Origin: a virus
DNA length: 64,000 nucleotides
Strand: one strand, 5' to 3'
IMG/VR virus record: IMGVR_UViG_3300030329_006193
Coordinates: 1 to 64,000 of that record
Of this stretch, positions 8,433-20,900 are shown one piece after another (positions within the stretch are counted from its first letter, which is position 1; every line of letters starts with the position of its first letter). The translations under genes and the position numbers were made by a program. The notes under the pieces are model-generated. The model searched no databases, was not told the origin of the DNA, and saw only the letters and a program-made list of their open reading frames with translations.

Positions 8433-8441
8433 ATAAATAGT
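8433..8441 (-). promoter_or_regulatory. candidate phage late-promoter motif ACTATTTAT
   Basis: Intergenic, directly upstream of the GAGG RBS and ATG of structural gene 7468..8415. Confidence 0.4.
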
Positions 8442-8452
8442 CTTAAATATCA

Positions 8453-11179
8453 TTATTCGCTTCCTTTTACAATACCGGAATTCTTAAAGTTTAGATTCAA
8501 ATCTATTTTCCTTCCTGTTTTTTTGCTTACTAAGCGAACCTTGAAATCCTTATTCCAAATACTGTCTGCAATATTGGCCTCCCCTAAATGCACTGTAGGG
8601 GTGTCGTTCGTTGTGACAGGAAGCGGCTGCGCATCACTCTGATATTCAACTTGCCGCGCTGCCGGCTCTATCAGTATATACTTCCTTCCCGAAATTGTTA
8701 ACGGTTGTTTTACAGTTTCAAAAACATAGGGCTTCTGTCGCAAGTAAATTTGGCCGGCGTTATCTACCATCTCCACCTCAATAATGGGGCTAGGATTGGA
8801 AATGTTGTCATGCACATCCACGGAGCGCACACAATAATAATACGTCACATTTGGTTCTATAGTGTCCATAAAATCTGCGGGCGTTCCGTACGTTGGATCT
8901 AAATCCGGGGAAATTCGCTCCGCATCAACAAAACTCTCATAACCGGTTGGCGGTGTTGATGTGCGGAACACCTGATATCTATCCACTGGGTCATCACTCC
9001 TAAAGTGAATGGTTTTCTTCTGCTCTCGAATCTGTTCATATGTGAGTGTGGCCCCCTGCTGAGAGGCATACTCCATCTCAAAGAAGGCTGGATCCGTATC
9101 CTGAATTGCGATAGGAGGCATATGATAGTCCCCGGTGCTGGAATTCAAGAGGAGGCGCACTCGATTGGCTACGCCTTGATGAGCATAAAACGAAACCTCG
9201 GGGGGTACGGGAGGAGAATCTACAATTAGGCTTTCGAGACCTTGATCTTCGGGGTCTGGGCCCGCTGTATAAGGCAATAATATCACCTTTAGGTTACCCA
9301 TATTTTGGACCTCTACGGGAACAGCGGCGGGTTCGCTGAGGTCCAAAACGACACTTGTGTCGTAGCTGTAAGCATTTCCAAAAATGGCAACCATCTTTTG
9401 GATCTTATAGCGATACTTCTTTTCATATTTTACCTGAGAATCGTAAAACGTAATAGCACGACCTAAGGTATCAGTTCGGAAGCGATTAGTGAGATAGAAC
9501 TTCTGTACTAAGGCGCCATCTGATCCATTCTCATTGACTTCGTGCTTGCTCACTACATACATCAGGGTCTCCGTGTGGCACCACTGTCCTTGAAGAATTT
9601 CTATATAGGTTCTCATGAAAGCGGGGTAGTCATTTAAAATTTGAGCGTAGGCTGCTTGAGCGGTTCCAGGAGGGATCTCAAGGCGCGCGGAGGGGTCTGA
9701 GGAAAAACCGTTTCCAGCAGAGTCAAGGCAGCGCGCATAATCTCGGATGAACCGATAGGGAGGGCCTCCCGCGGGGAGGACCGTCGGGTCGACGTACTCA
9801 TTAATAATATCTTGGGCTTTAGCGATTGCAGTCTGAGCTTGCAGGTTCGGATGTATCGCATTAACATAGTTATTAAGTTCCAACATCATATTTACCAAAT
9901 AAGAATAAGAATTTTGGGCAGTTTCGTACTGAATATCCGAGGCGTCGGTGGCACTTAAAACATTTTTGGTAGTTACCCTATACTCTCCCGAAGAGTCACC
10001 CGGAGCGCGATATCCCTCTAGGGTATTAATGCACATTACCTGAAGAATATCTATAAATGCCGCGGTGTCGGGCTTATCAGCCATCCAAGTGAACAAAGAT
10101 TGTCCACTATTGAGCCCCGTCCGCGCTTGCGGATCCTGAGGGATTTGGATTTCATTTACGAACGGAACCAGGGTGTCGGAAATATATTCTCCCAATAGGG
10201 CCTTCTCATCGCTACTAAGCACCACAAATGTTGAATTATTTTGGGCAGCAGTCGCCAGTTGGCCCGCAGGGATAGAGGAGATACCCGTGAAGGTCTGGGC
10301 ATATACCTCATAAGCAGTCTTAGTGGTTTCTTCGGTAACGGCTGTGCCGTCCTGTAACATATAGGCTGCGGCTCCGCCCACATTCAGAGTGTCGACATGC
10401 CACATCGTGAGTGGAGTTGCGCTTTCATTATGCATCTCCGATTGCATAATATAAATATTAGGAAGATAGGTTTCGGACACCTCTGACGGGGCAATTGCAC
10501 TCTCATAGGGTCCTACATAATAATTGTATTTAGGGAGCACCCCAAGAGACGTTCCAATGGCTTCTCTCTTGTCTTTTTTGCCTGAGATGGAGTAAACACA
10601 GCATGCATAATCCTCATGGGGAGAAACCAGAGAGTCATCATTGAGGAGGCTCTTATAGTCTTGCGTCACAACAGTGAAAGAATCAGGGTTTGCTATATAG
10701 TTATAAAAGTTCTGCCGGCTGGACTGTAGGGTCGCCAGGGGCGGTCGCAACGTGTTCCCCTCCCAGGATCCGATCCAATTCATGGCTCCCGGAACCATGT
10801 TGTTATAGTAATTCCAGGCGCTACTCTTAGGAACAACCTGTAGGGTGGGGTTTATCTGTGCGGACCGAGAGCTATTTTCTATCTGTTCCATATTGGAGAT
10901 TTGAATAACGAGGTTTTCAGTCTGGAATTCCAGCCGGCCTAGAGATGGAGACTCGTGGTCCGTCGCGTTCCCCGGATTAGGATAGGGCCACAGTGTGTAT
11001 CCTCTAGAAGATTTATAGACGGTTTGATATCTCCCTAAGACTGCGCGCAGGCGATCGCTCATATTCCAGTTTTGGCGCAGCATGGGATGGAAGCCATTAG
11101 GATTATTGAGCCTCTCAGTGGGACCTACGAGTGCCTCGTTAACAATCTTATATAAGGTTTTGAAACTACTATCTGTCAT
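8453..11179 (-). CDS. large structural protein with FN3/Ig-like C-terminal elements
   Basis: 908 aa; FMDTIEPNVTYYYCVRSVDVHDNISNPS is an FN3-type strand pattern; tail-module context. Confidence 0.55.
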   Translation of the reverse strand: MTDSSFKTLYKIVNEALVGPTERLNNPNGFHPMLRQNWNMSDRLRAVLGRYQTVYKSSRGYTLWPYPNPGNATDHESPSLGRLEFQTENLVIQISNMEQIENSSRSAQINPTLQVVPKSSAWNYYNNMVPGAMNWIGSWEGNTLRPPLATLQSSRQNFYNYIANPDSFTVVTQDYKSLLNDDSLVSPHEDYACCVYSISGKKDKREAIGTSLGVLPKYNYYVGPYESAIAPSEVSETYLPNIYIMQSEMHNESATPLTMWHVDTLNVGGAAAYMLQDGTAVTEETTKTAYEVYAQTFTGISSIPAGQLATAAQNNSTFVVLSSDEKALLGEYISDTLVPFVNEIQIPQDPQARTGLNSGQSLFTWMADKPDTAAFIDILQVMCINTLEGYRAPGDSSGEYRVTTKNVLSATDASDIQYETAQNSYSYLVNMMLELNNYVNAIHPNLQAQTAIAKAQDIINEYVDPTVLPAGGPPYRFIRDYARCLDSAGNGFSSDPSARLEIPPGTAQAAYAQILNDYPAFMRTYIEILQGQWCHTETLMYVVSKHEVNENGSDGALVQKFYLTNRFRTDTLGRAITFYDSQVKYEKKYRYKIQKMVAIFGNAYSYDTSVVLDLSEPAAVPVEVQNMGNLKVILLPYTAGPDPEDQGLESLIVDSPPVPPEVSFYAHQGVANRVRLLLNSSTGDYHMPPIAIQDTDPAFFEMEYASQQGATLTYEQIREQKKTIHFRSDDPVDRYQVFRTSTPPTGYESFVDAERISPDLDPTYGTPADFMDTIEPNVTYYYCVRSVDVHDNISNPSPIIEVEMVDNAGQIYLRQKPYVFETVKQPLTISGRKYILIEPAARQVEYQSDAQPLPVTTNDTPTVHLGEANIADSIWNKDFKVRLVSKKTGRKIDLNLNFKNSGIVKGSE

Positions 11180-11182
11180 TGT

Positions 11183-14005
11183 CTAGTATCCCGTTAGGAT
11201 GGAATCCTCCAGCGACATCCTTCCCCCTGCAGAAGTACGACTTAGCGAGGGGGGCGAAGGACTATGGGGCACCAAGGGGATGTTACTGGCGTAATAAATC
11301 TCAACGTGACCTCTCATTTCTTTATTAGCGCTCGCATCTACGTTCCTAACATAATCATAAATGTTCTTTAGAACGCTAGTGTAAGTAGACCGACCAGTAG
11401 CATTTTGGGCCGGGCCGAGACTAAACAGAGTCCCGAGAGACTCCAGATCCAAAATATTATTAGCTGTGATGGTTTGTTCGATCCGATTTAAGCGACACAG
11501 TAATGGTCGACCGGCGTCAAGAGCGGTTTTGAAAATTTCTTCATTCAACGCTGCCCACTCTGGTGCTAAGACGCCTAAGCGCTGATCATAAGATTTCAAA
11601 TACTCCACCCGAACCAGAGAATCAAAGTTAATAACCTTGGAAACATCATCTATCTTGGCCTCTATAGTGGGAGCAGCGTTATCGGCTGCCACCGCTAAGG
11701 CCCCCGGCAGAATGGTGCGATTAGTCATCTTAACAACCGGCTGAAATTGAACCATCTGCTTATTGAAAACCGCACGAGCTAGGGGTGCAGCGAAAATCCT
11801 TCGAGAACGTGCCGTACTTTTACGCAAAATGCTATCGAAAGACCCCGAAACCCTGGCCCGTACATAAGTATCGTCATCTACAAACCTAGAGGTACGTGAG
11901 AGATAGTTAGCTGATGACACGCCCTCTGACAACTTCTGAGCATCCGGGAATAGCAGTTCCCGTAAACTCTCCTGTAGAGGCTCCACTGCGATTCCGGCCA
12001 TGGCTAGGGACTCTTGAATATCGGTCGTGGCCGACTTCTGCTCTTCCATGGCTAACTCAATAGTAGGGGACACACGGTCTCGGAGCAATCCTGTGAGTGC
12101 TTCAGTGTCCACTTGAACACTCATGGTAGAAATAGGGTGGTCTTTGCGACCTGTTCTGATCTGGATGGGGGACATATACCCGTAGGTATTAATCGAAGCA
12201 GCGTTAGGATTAGGAACGGCATACTTGGTAACTTCCTGGCTTACCCTCTCCGACATTGCCTCATAAGAAACAGTCGGTAGAAGACCAGAGGACGGAGAGA
12301 AGTAATCTCCCACATAATCAAAACCAACCTGTTTGCGATTTTTTAAAGTATAGCGTTGTCTAAAGGTATGAACCCCAGAGAGTACGCCGGGTTGGACCGG
12401 ATGATAAATAGTAGAATAATTTTTACTCGACAGAGAAGTGGTCGCTTGTCCCACCTTTAGAACATTGGATATCTGAGCGGCGAAGGTTTCTACTATGTTG
12501 CTCACCAACAAATGGTCCGCCTGATTAGTATTGGCGGCAGCACCCAAGGCAACTAAATTTTTCTTCCACGAAAGCATTGAGAATTCCGCAAAAGGGAGCG
12601 AGCCGAAAATAAAATTAACGGTGGCCAGGTAGGCATCGATAAGCTGCTCTAAAATTTTATCCCCGTTGCCGCGGCCAGTGAGATGAGCTGTGTAATCCCT
12701 CAGTCCCGCCTGAAGCATGTCGCGAAGATTTCCTAAAACCTCTGCTGTGTTATCGGCTATCAAAACTTCTGCACGATATTCTGCTACGCCCATATCCAAC
12801 TGGGCGGCTGCTTTATCCGAAAAAACAATATTCAATATATCCTCGTTCTCTAGATTAGGAACTTGAATCAATTGGACGTCTCCCTTTTTGAAGGAGGCGA
12901 AATATTCAAAAGGTGCCGGTGTCACCTCGCTCAAGTTCATGTCCGTCCCTGGGGTGAGGGCATTACTGTTAGCTCCCCCCGAAGCCACGCGGCGGTACAG
13001 TTTAATATCATCGAGTTGAACGCTGCTTAAGAGAGCCTGAGGGTTCTTCATCAGTCCGCCGAAGCGCGCGTTTTGAACTACATAAGAGCGCAGATCGAAA
13101 GCAAACATTCCTAAGATTTCTCCCGACGGATTCCGCGAAAGAGTCACGGGAGAAAAATAAGGCTTGTCTTCATAAGGGGCCGGGACATTTTCAAAACTTA
13201 ACTGACGAGCAGATGACAAAAAGCGCAAATCCTGAATCTTAAGGTTTTCCACCACCGACGGGGTAAGGGCGGGGTGCTCCTCGTCGGTATGATAATCGCC
13301 TGCCATGATAAGATTGTGGTGAGTATGAATAGGGCCAGGCCAGACATCTCCCTGCTGACCATAGCCTTCCATGGTAGTAGTAAGACGATAAAGGTGGGAC
13401 GTGGCCGCACTGACGTTATTCTCTAAGAGAGTTTCCCGAGAAACATTTCCTATAAAGCACATCTCCCCCACTATACGATAGGAGGCGACCAGAACATAGA
13501 GAGAGGAGACCTCCCTAGAGTCAAGACCCAATATCTCATCATCCTGCGTATGGGCAGCGACGAGGAGGCCGGTAGTAGCGGACCCACCCTTCGTGTCACG
13601 CAGTACACTTTCTTCGCTATAGACATACTGGTGGATCTTCCTCTCAGTATCGTGAGAGGACATGAGAGTTTTGAAGTGAAAGTCTTGTGCGGTCAGCAAA
13701 AACTCTTTATTGCGCACTTGAGAGGTGCTAAGTTTGGTTCCCTTGATGAGTGTTTTAAGGCGCGACATGTCCGGGTGTCCGGTGTCATCATAAAGCATTG
13801 CATCCAGGGTGCCCTTTTCAGTACTCAAAAACACAAAATTACCAAACCCAATATTCTGCTCGGGTGAAGGAAGCTTTGCTAACTCGTTAGATATCTGTAG
13901 CTTGACTACCGCCTCGTTCTCGGCGTTGTAAGATAGCGTAGCCTGTTGAAGATTAGCAAAAGGAATCTGTTGAGAAGATTCGAACATCAAAGGGGAGATA
14001 GCCAT
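11183..14005 (-). CDS. large hypothetical structural protein
   Basis: 940-aa ORF coupled to the upstream gene (TGATG); tail-module context. Confidence 0.6.
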   Translation of the reverse strand: MAISPLMFESSQQIPFANLQQATLSYNAENEAVVKLQISNELAKLPSPEQNIGFGNFVFLSTEKGTLDAMLYDDTGHPDMSRLKTLIKGTKLSTSQVRNKEFLLTAQDFHFKTLMSSHDTERKIHQYVYSEESVLRDTKGGSATTGLLVAAHTQDDEILGLDSREVSSLYVLVASYRIVGEMCFIGNVSRETLLENNVSAATSHLYRLTTTMEGYGQQGDVWPGPIHTHHNLIMAGDYHTDEEHPALTPSVVENLKIQDLRFLSSARQLSFENVPAPYEDKPYFSPVTLSRNPSGEILGMFAFDLRSYVVQNARFGGLMKNPQALLSSVQLDDIKLYRRVASGGANSNALTPGTDMNLSEVTPAPFEYFASFKKGDVQLIQVPNLENEDILNIVFSDKAAAQLDMGVAEYRAEVLIADNTAEVLGNLRDMLQAGLRDYTAHLTGRGNGDKILEQLIDAYLATVNFIFGSLPFAEFSMLSWKKNLVALGAAANTNQADHLLVSNIVETFAAQISNVLKVGQATTSLSSKNYSTIYHPVQPGVLSGVHTFRQRYTLKNRKQVGFDYVGDYFSPSSGLLPTVSYEAMSERVSQEVTKYAVPNPNAASINTYGYMSPIQIRTGRKDHPISTMSVQVDTEALTGLLRDRVSPTIELAMEEQKSATTDIQESLAMAGIAVEPLQESLRELLFPDAQKLSEGVSSANYLSRTSRFVDDDTYVRARVSGSFDSILRKSTARSRRIFAAPLARAVFNKQMVQFQPVVKMTNRTILPGALAVAADNAAPTIEAKIDDVSKVINFDSLVRVEYLKSYDQRLGVLAPEWAALNEEIFKTALDAGRPLLCRLNRIEQTITANNILDLESLGTLFSLGPAQNATGRSTYTSVLKNIYDYVRNVDASANKEMRGHVEIYYASNIPLVPHSPSPPSLSRTSAGGRMSLEDSILTGY

Positions 14006-14988
14006 CAGCAGGGCTCCTCGTTATCGGATTCATAGATATCTCGGACAAGGCCGGGGCGGTCGGCGGTGTCGACCGGCACATTCCATTCAGCATAAGTAGA
14101 CTGAGCGATGTCGTCATCCATAAGAATGTTTATATAATATTCTACATTCCCCGGCAGATTTAAATCATTTTCGATTGGTCTTTCTGGAGCAAACATAGAA
14201 CTTCCTGTAGGAGTGAATGCAAGTTGAGTATAATTGCCGTCTGAACCAGACGCGTAGACTTCGATATCGAAATTGTCTTTATCAAAGGGGGTGTTCTGTT
14301 CAGTTATCTCCAACAATAAATAGTTGTTTTCTACAGTTAGATAAAGGTCCCCTCCGGGAATAGTAAAAATGGTCTCACGAGGATTCTCAAAGTTAACACT
14401 ATCCACATCACTATAGAACATTTGATAATCTATGTTGATGTTGAGTTGGGGAATATTTTCTACACCCCCCTCGGAGCCCGTAGCATAAAAACGGACAGGA
14501 CCATCTGCGCCCGGAGCGACCGTATAGCCCGTATTAAGATAAGTAGTACTTGAAGCTATCTCAGGGGTGGAATGCAGTTGAACATCCCACGCGGCGTCGT
14601 GTCGGGAATCTAAGGAGGAGCGCCCAATAGCATGAGCATTTAAGCGGCCCTTTTCAGCAAAAGGCTCCACCTGACTAAAAACCTGCAAGTCATCCGCCAC
14701 ATCAGTGTTGGGTCCTACCAGATCGGTAATCTCCTGAACAAATGAAGCGACGCGTTGTTCGGCGCCCGTGCGAGTAGGAATCACTTTAAGATTGGGGGTG
14801 TTAGACTGTATGCGGGGCTCGGCCTCGTTCTGATTCTCGGTAAAGCCCGCACAGTTGGTATCATAGACTACATCGTCATCAAAAAACGCATAGTAGACAG
14901 GCTTAAGGCGCCCGAGGGACAGAAGATATTTGCCGTACTCTGTAAGTTGAAAGTCTAAAACTTCTTCTTTCTTATTAAAGAATTCCAT
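14005..14988 (-). CDS. virion structural protein (collar-like N-terminus, paralog of 7468..8415)
   Basis: LDFQLTEYGKYLLSLG...YAFFDDDVVYD; TAATG-coupled to the giant ORF. Confidence 0.6.
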   Translation of the reverse strand: MEFFNKKEEVLDFQLTEYGKYLLSLGRLKPVYYAFFDDDVVYDTNCAGFTENQNEAEPRIQSNTPNLKVIPTRTGAEQRVASFVQEITDLVGPNTDVADDLQVFSQVEPFAEKGRLNAHAIGRSSLDSRHDAAWDVQLHSTPEIASSTTYLNTGYTVAPGADGPVRFYATGSEGGVENIPQLNINIDYQMFYSDVDSVNFENPRETIFTIPGGDLYLTVENNYLLLEITEQNTPFDKDNFDIEVYASGSDGNYTQLAFTPTGSSMFAPERPIENDLNLPGNVEYYINILMDDDIAQSTYAEWNVPVDTADRPGLVRDIYESDNEEPC

Positions 14989-17900
14989 TAGGATTCATCT
15001 CCTCTCGTTCTCCTCGGATCGCGGCGGAGACGACGGAGGAAGTCTTCGGGCCGCGGGAGGTCGGGGCCGCGTCTCCTTGGCACCTCCTCCACTCTCGGAG
15101 TTTGCGCGCGCATTTGGCGATTAGGTTCCGGTGGCGCTTGGCGGTTACTAGCGTTCGGAATTGAGGCAATCTCCATTCTTCCGGCCGTAGGCGGCCGGCC
15201 GTCGAGGTCTCCGGCATCGTTGTCCGAGATTTCGTATTGCATGTCCTTCGATGTCCATTGAGCTGTCGCCTCGATGTTGGCCAACTCGACCAAAGAGAAG
15301 TAGTCGTAAGGCCAATTGTAAGTGTAGTCCGGAATTGTCTCCGGGAACGCGTCGGTATTGTCAGTAACTAAGGAGCGCCGATACTTTTCATAATCCTTCT
15401 TGGCTCGCTTCTTCACCTTGAAAACCATCCACTCGATTTTATCCGTAGTAGAGGCCATCAGATTCAAAAGTTCGCGGTCCTCGACAATAACTTCCTGTTC
15501 TGTCATGCGCGACTCAATATCCGGCGGCAAGTTCTGCCACATATCGGCGATATCTTGTTGAGTGATATCCACCGAGAACTCAAAGACATATGTCAAAACA
15601 GGATTGACTGTATTATGACGCAAGAAATCAAACTTGGGCGGGAAGATATATTTATCCATAGCGGCCGTTAAGTTTCGGAACATCGCTGTATTGCGCATTC
15701 TCTTGTTGACTTTAAAGAATTTACGTTTATTTTTACTAACCTTATAAGGAATAGCAATAACTGCTTCTTCGAGTTTCGCCTCTTTTTTCAAAGAACCGAC
15801 GCGGCGGGGAGAGCTGGTGCCAAACCCAACAATGTCTGCCAACGAGAAGGAGCCAACAGTAGACGTAGTAGACGGAGGAGGTCCATCTCGCAGCTGAGCA
15901 AACACTCCCGTAGATCCCGTGGGGATGACTCCGTACTGTTGCCACATCCCCTTGTGAATAAGCTCATTAGGTGCCGTTGTTCTGGTCCTCCCGGCAATAG
16001 GTCCCGAGGGCACATAAGGCACGGAAGAACTTACACTCACCGAGTAAGTAGCGTTGGCAAAATTAAGAATCGGGGTCTCAAACTTAGACTGAATAAGCCA
16101 CCTTTTCTTTTGTGCGGTGGTTTGATCAGGCACCTCCGATAAAATCTGAGTTAAGTTAAACTGACTATCTATTTGCTGGCGGGGGTCCGTTCCTTCAGCC
16201 CAGGTTTGGGAAAAGGGTGTATATTCATCGCGTTCGTAGGTTATGATAGTTTGGGCTAAAATTTCATCTAAGGTTGGAACCCCAGTATACCTCGCTGTAA
16301 AGCTAAAGGTGGCGGCTCCTACTCCCGCATAATAAGCGGGGGTAAGATGGGCAAACGCCCCCTTATAATTAACATCCTCGGTTGAAGCTATGGGGAATCC
16401 AAAAGCCGAGATCCGGTTGAACATCTCAAATTTGGTGCGATCTGGTTTAAGTTCGGTGGCGCTCGATCCACTCCGCATAGTTCGATAGAGGTCCAGTTTC
16501 ATTGTGTAAGTCGACCCACTCACCACCGGCATAAACTCTTCTTCTCGGGCGGACTGGAAGGATGTCAGAGAGTCCATGAAAAAGTTGGTGGTTTCGCATA
16601 AGAAATTATCGGCGGCTAATTCATACAACCTAGTGGCACTTGCAAGGCCTTGGCCGAACTGAACAACGGCCGGCCTACAATAGGCACAACCGCCGAGGAC
16701 GCTACCACCAGCATAAATCTTCTGATATGAAGCATAGGTGGTAGCGGTGTCGTACAGCACCTTACGATCGTTGGACTCGCCGGACTTGCCGGTTCTAACT
16801 GTCAAATTAAGAATATAATCATCATTATAATATTGAGCCGGCTTATAAATAGCCTCAAAAGGCAATTGCTTTATCACATAACCGCGGCGTGGCTCAGAGC
16901 CAGTAAGGGTAAGCATATTCTGAAACGCCAACCCGGAGGGGGCGGCCGGGTCGGGAGTGGGGCCTGACCGGCCTCCGGTGCCGAAAGCCGAAGGGACGTC
17001 AACGTTAGCCATATATCGCGGGGAGGCTGGGCTAACGGAGCCTGTGTTTATCAAAATAGGATAGCTGACCGCAATGCCGGATTTCACTGTATTGAACAAG
17101 ATTCCCGGAGCGAACAAGGGCTCGAACGCAATACGACACATTCCCACGCGAGGCGCCGTAGATGGAGGGAAGTGCTGAGGATATAGAAGAAAAGGCTCCA
17201 CCGAAGCAGAGAACTTATTGGCCAAATACAGACCCCGTTCGGCCGGATAGAAACCCTTGTAGGGTAAAAATTTCAAAAGTGCGGAAGCCTTCAGTTTTAT
17301 GCGGTCGCGAGAAATTTTCAAGTCCCCCGAGCGTTCATCATTAAGATCCCCATCGATAGCCCCGAAATATTTCATGAAATCACTATTGCTATAGGTACGG
17401 AAAAACTTAGGATGTGAACTATTAGCAAGCACAGTACCCGAAATCTCATATAAGCCCGGGACATCGGCCAAGAAATCACTCTCTTTCTTTCCAATAAACG
17501 TCTCTAGGTGTTCGGAAATTCTAAACTCTGGAATGATACTACTGTTCTGCGCGGCCAGTCGAATCTGTTCGGACCAGCTAGAATAGTTTTCATAGGGATG
17601 CTTGCCGGCGGCGGCAGGGGCATCCCATTTTGAATCTCCCCCGAAAATGGGATAAAATTGAGTATTATCGTTATAACCCTGCCAAATTCGATATACATAG
17701 GCCGGTCCACCAGCAATATCAAAGCCCGCGGGGGTGGATCCTGCATATCCAAAACGAGTAAATGCCGTTTGTAATTCGCCGGATCCATCCCACCATATTT
17801 GAGAGGCCGTAGTCTCAAAATTAAGATGACCATCAAGGGGCCATACACTAGCCGTGGTATAGGTTCCCGGGTTTTTATACATCATCGACGCAACCTGGAG

Positions 17901-20900
17901 GCCCTTCCTATATCCCATATTCCTATAGCCACCGGTTAAAAACTCACTTCTCTTCTGGCGATTGTCATTCCAAATATTGTCGATATTATACTTTGCGCGT
18001 CCACGAATCTGTTCACTATACATGTTCCGGGCAGCGGGATACATGCTTTCAGTATAGGTCACCACCGTGCTGAGGTCACTGTCCACCAAGTAGTTGCGTA
18101 CTGTGTCGAAGGCCATCGGCTTGTCCAGGTCAATCTGGAGACCTAGGCGGTTATTTAACGCATCATTGTTAAAGTACTCAAGATCATTACCGTAAGTCGT
18201 CCGCAATGTAACATTATTGTCCGGATTGGAATCCGTGGTGTTGTCTTCAAAATAAAACTGCACGGCCCCATACTTGCTATTAACGGGTGGCTCGTAATAA
18301 TCCACAAAACTATTGGCCTGAAGCGCTGGTACACTTCCCACTTGCACATTGTTGATAATATTCGGAACGGGAGAAGGGGGCACGATCTGACCGATCAAGT
18401 TCTTGGACCGTAGCTTTCGAGCCACGGGTGATTCGCCGGCTCGGATTTGCTTCCACGTAGGCCAACCATAGGGGCCCTGCCGATGTAGTATCATAGAGTT
18501 AAAGGAGTAGTTCATCGATGCAGGGGGCACCGAAGAGGTGGCCCTAATGACTCCTGTTCCGTTGGTCTCCAAATGACCGTCGAACTGGCCGCCCTTGTAA
18601 AGCGTATGGTTGACCGCCGCATTATGAATATTGCCGCCGCTACCCAGACTATCGCCCGGGGCATCACCCATCCGATACCATGCCACCAACTTGTCACTTG
18701 GGAAAGTAGAATCATTAGATTTGAGACGATAGGGCTCTGCCGGTGCTCCATAGTTATACAAAGCATGTACATTGCGAGCTGTCAATTCGGTATCGTAGAT
18801 CTGAAACTCATTCATATTTCCAACCCAGTTTCGATCGCCAAGGCCGCGTTCGCCAATATAAGAATCTCCACTAATAGAAGCTGGATTATCCAGCTCCTGT
18901 GTTACCGAGCTAGTGCCGATACCATTTATATAAAGCCTCATGAAGTTTCGTGTACTACTGCCGTCAGGATCTCCTCCCTTAAACGTCACCACCACATGAT
19001 ACCATTTACCGTAGGAAAGCGGGGGGCCCGTGATTTGGCCGTCTGTGGTCAGACCGTTGATTACAAACGTATGCTTAAAGCGATTACCCCCATAATCAGT
19101 TTGCAGCAAGGCCCGATCACCGCTTCCCATATCAAACACGCGAGGGGAATAGGTTCCCGGTGAGCCCGTAGGGGCCATTATCCAGGTCGCCACACTGAAA
19201 GCCTTAGCGCTGGCGCCGCTACCGCCCACTATAGGATTCCACTCAGCGGTGGGCCCTATATCCACCCGAGCATAGTTCGAGGTGTCGCTTCCCAGGGTAC
19301 CACTCATATACAGGGACTCTGAGTCAAAGGCACCTAGCGAGCGCTCAAGGGTGTGTGTCGCTAAGTTGACCGGAGATGCAACGGCCGGCCCAATAAGATT
19401 GGCGCCTACGAATGCAGGCTTTACAGGCCCCGTGCGGGGGTTCAAGGGGAACGGCGCTAACCCAGAGGGATAACCCTTAGTTCCGACGGTATAGTCCGCC
19501 TCTATGGCTAACGGCCACGTTGAGGCAGTCACACTAGCCGGAGCATTCAGTCCCAGAATTCTTCGATTCTGTGCCGGGAGGAGCCCTCGCTGCAGCGACG
19601 CTGTCACCCACGCATACTGTTGTTCTGAACGCGGGATCTGATGCTGCACAAAGAGGTTGTCATAAACTGATGCTGTGTAGTACTGTCCCTTAGTAGCTGA
19701 ACTGAACATGAAGCGCTTGCGGTTGCTGTTTGTCTTGTGCCAAGAAGGCAGCGCTGGGTAAGATGAAGACGGTTGGACTCCTGGGCCGAAAGCAGCGTCT
19801 GCGCCGAACTTACCACAGCGAAGTGAGGCGCGTTGGTCGAGGCCTCGGTTCTTTCCGATCTGATCCACAACTGTGATTGTTTGTGCAGCGATTGGGTCGG
19901 CCGGGACGTTACCCGAGAGGCCATGATCAATAATAGCTAAGTTATGATAAGGCGCAGCGTTATAGACCGACATCTCGGTGTGAGCCGGGTCCATATAACC
20001 CAAAGACATGACTTCATAACCAGAGCCGGCATAACGGTTAACGATCACTGTCTCTTGAGAGTCCGAGCCGGTTCGCTGGGGAACTAAAAAGTTAAGGTTG
20101 CCTCCACAGTTGGCGGTTTGGCCAGTTGTGGTTTTACTCCATGTACCGCCCCCATAAGCGGCAAGCTCTGAAGCCGAGAAGGCGTTACGTGTATAGTTCG
20201 TCTCGGCGGATGCCGAGATCGCCAGGGTGTCCCACCCTCCCTGGAAGTCTTGAGAAGCAGGGCCCTTGTCATACACACGACCCACATCTGGGTTAGGTCC
20301 AAATTTCCACCAGTTCTTTATGTTCAAAGAATAATTAAAGCCCGCATGAGGAGTAGAGGAGGTAAGGTCTGTCCACCCTCGATTTTTTCCTCCTGACGGG
20401 GTTCCACTCGAAGCGCCAAGCGTACATGGGGCGGTGGCTGGATCTTGATAAGACGAAGTCGTCTTGGCTGTCATGAAGTTGTTAACCCACGCGGAACTGG
20501 TCGCATGAGCGGCACCAACCGGCGCGTGGGGAGACGGAGTATAGACGTCGCGCCAAACAGCAATCTGTCCTATGCCTACGCCGGCGGCTCCGTGAGGGGC
20601 TCCGAAGAGGTTTGTGGCGATCACTCCTCCATAAATGGGAGCGAATGCCGTCATTGCAGCCTTCTCACCGCCGATAGCCTGATTGGAGCCTGTGCGGGCC
20701 GTTCCGTGGTTACTGCCGCTCAGGAAAGCTGAACTAGTGGCCGCGGAGATACCGTTCACATAGATGGTGGAGCCCTTCCGGCCGGTTCCTGATCTATAGA
20801 CCAAGTAGCGCTGATGGGTTCCATGTCCATTCAAATTCCCGGTCGATGCCGACATGAACGCCGGGCCCTGTTCGCGAGTCATGTCCGCGAGTTCAAAATT

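Noticed and set aside
8432-8439. TATAAATA on the plus strand as a T4-type late promoter
   Set aside because: It points away from all local genes, so only the minus-strand reading is kept as a candidate.
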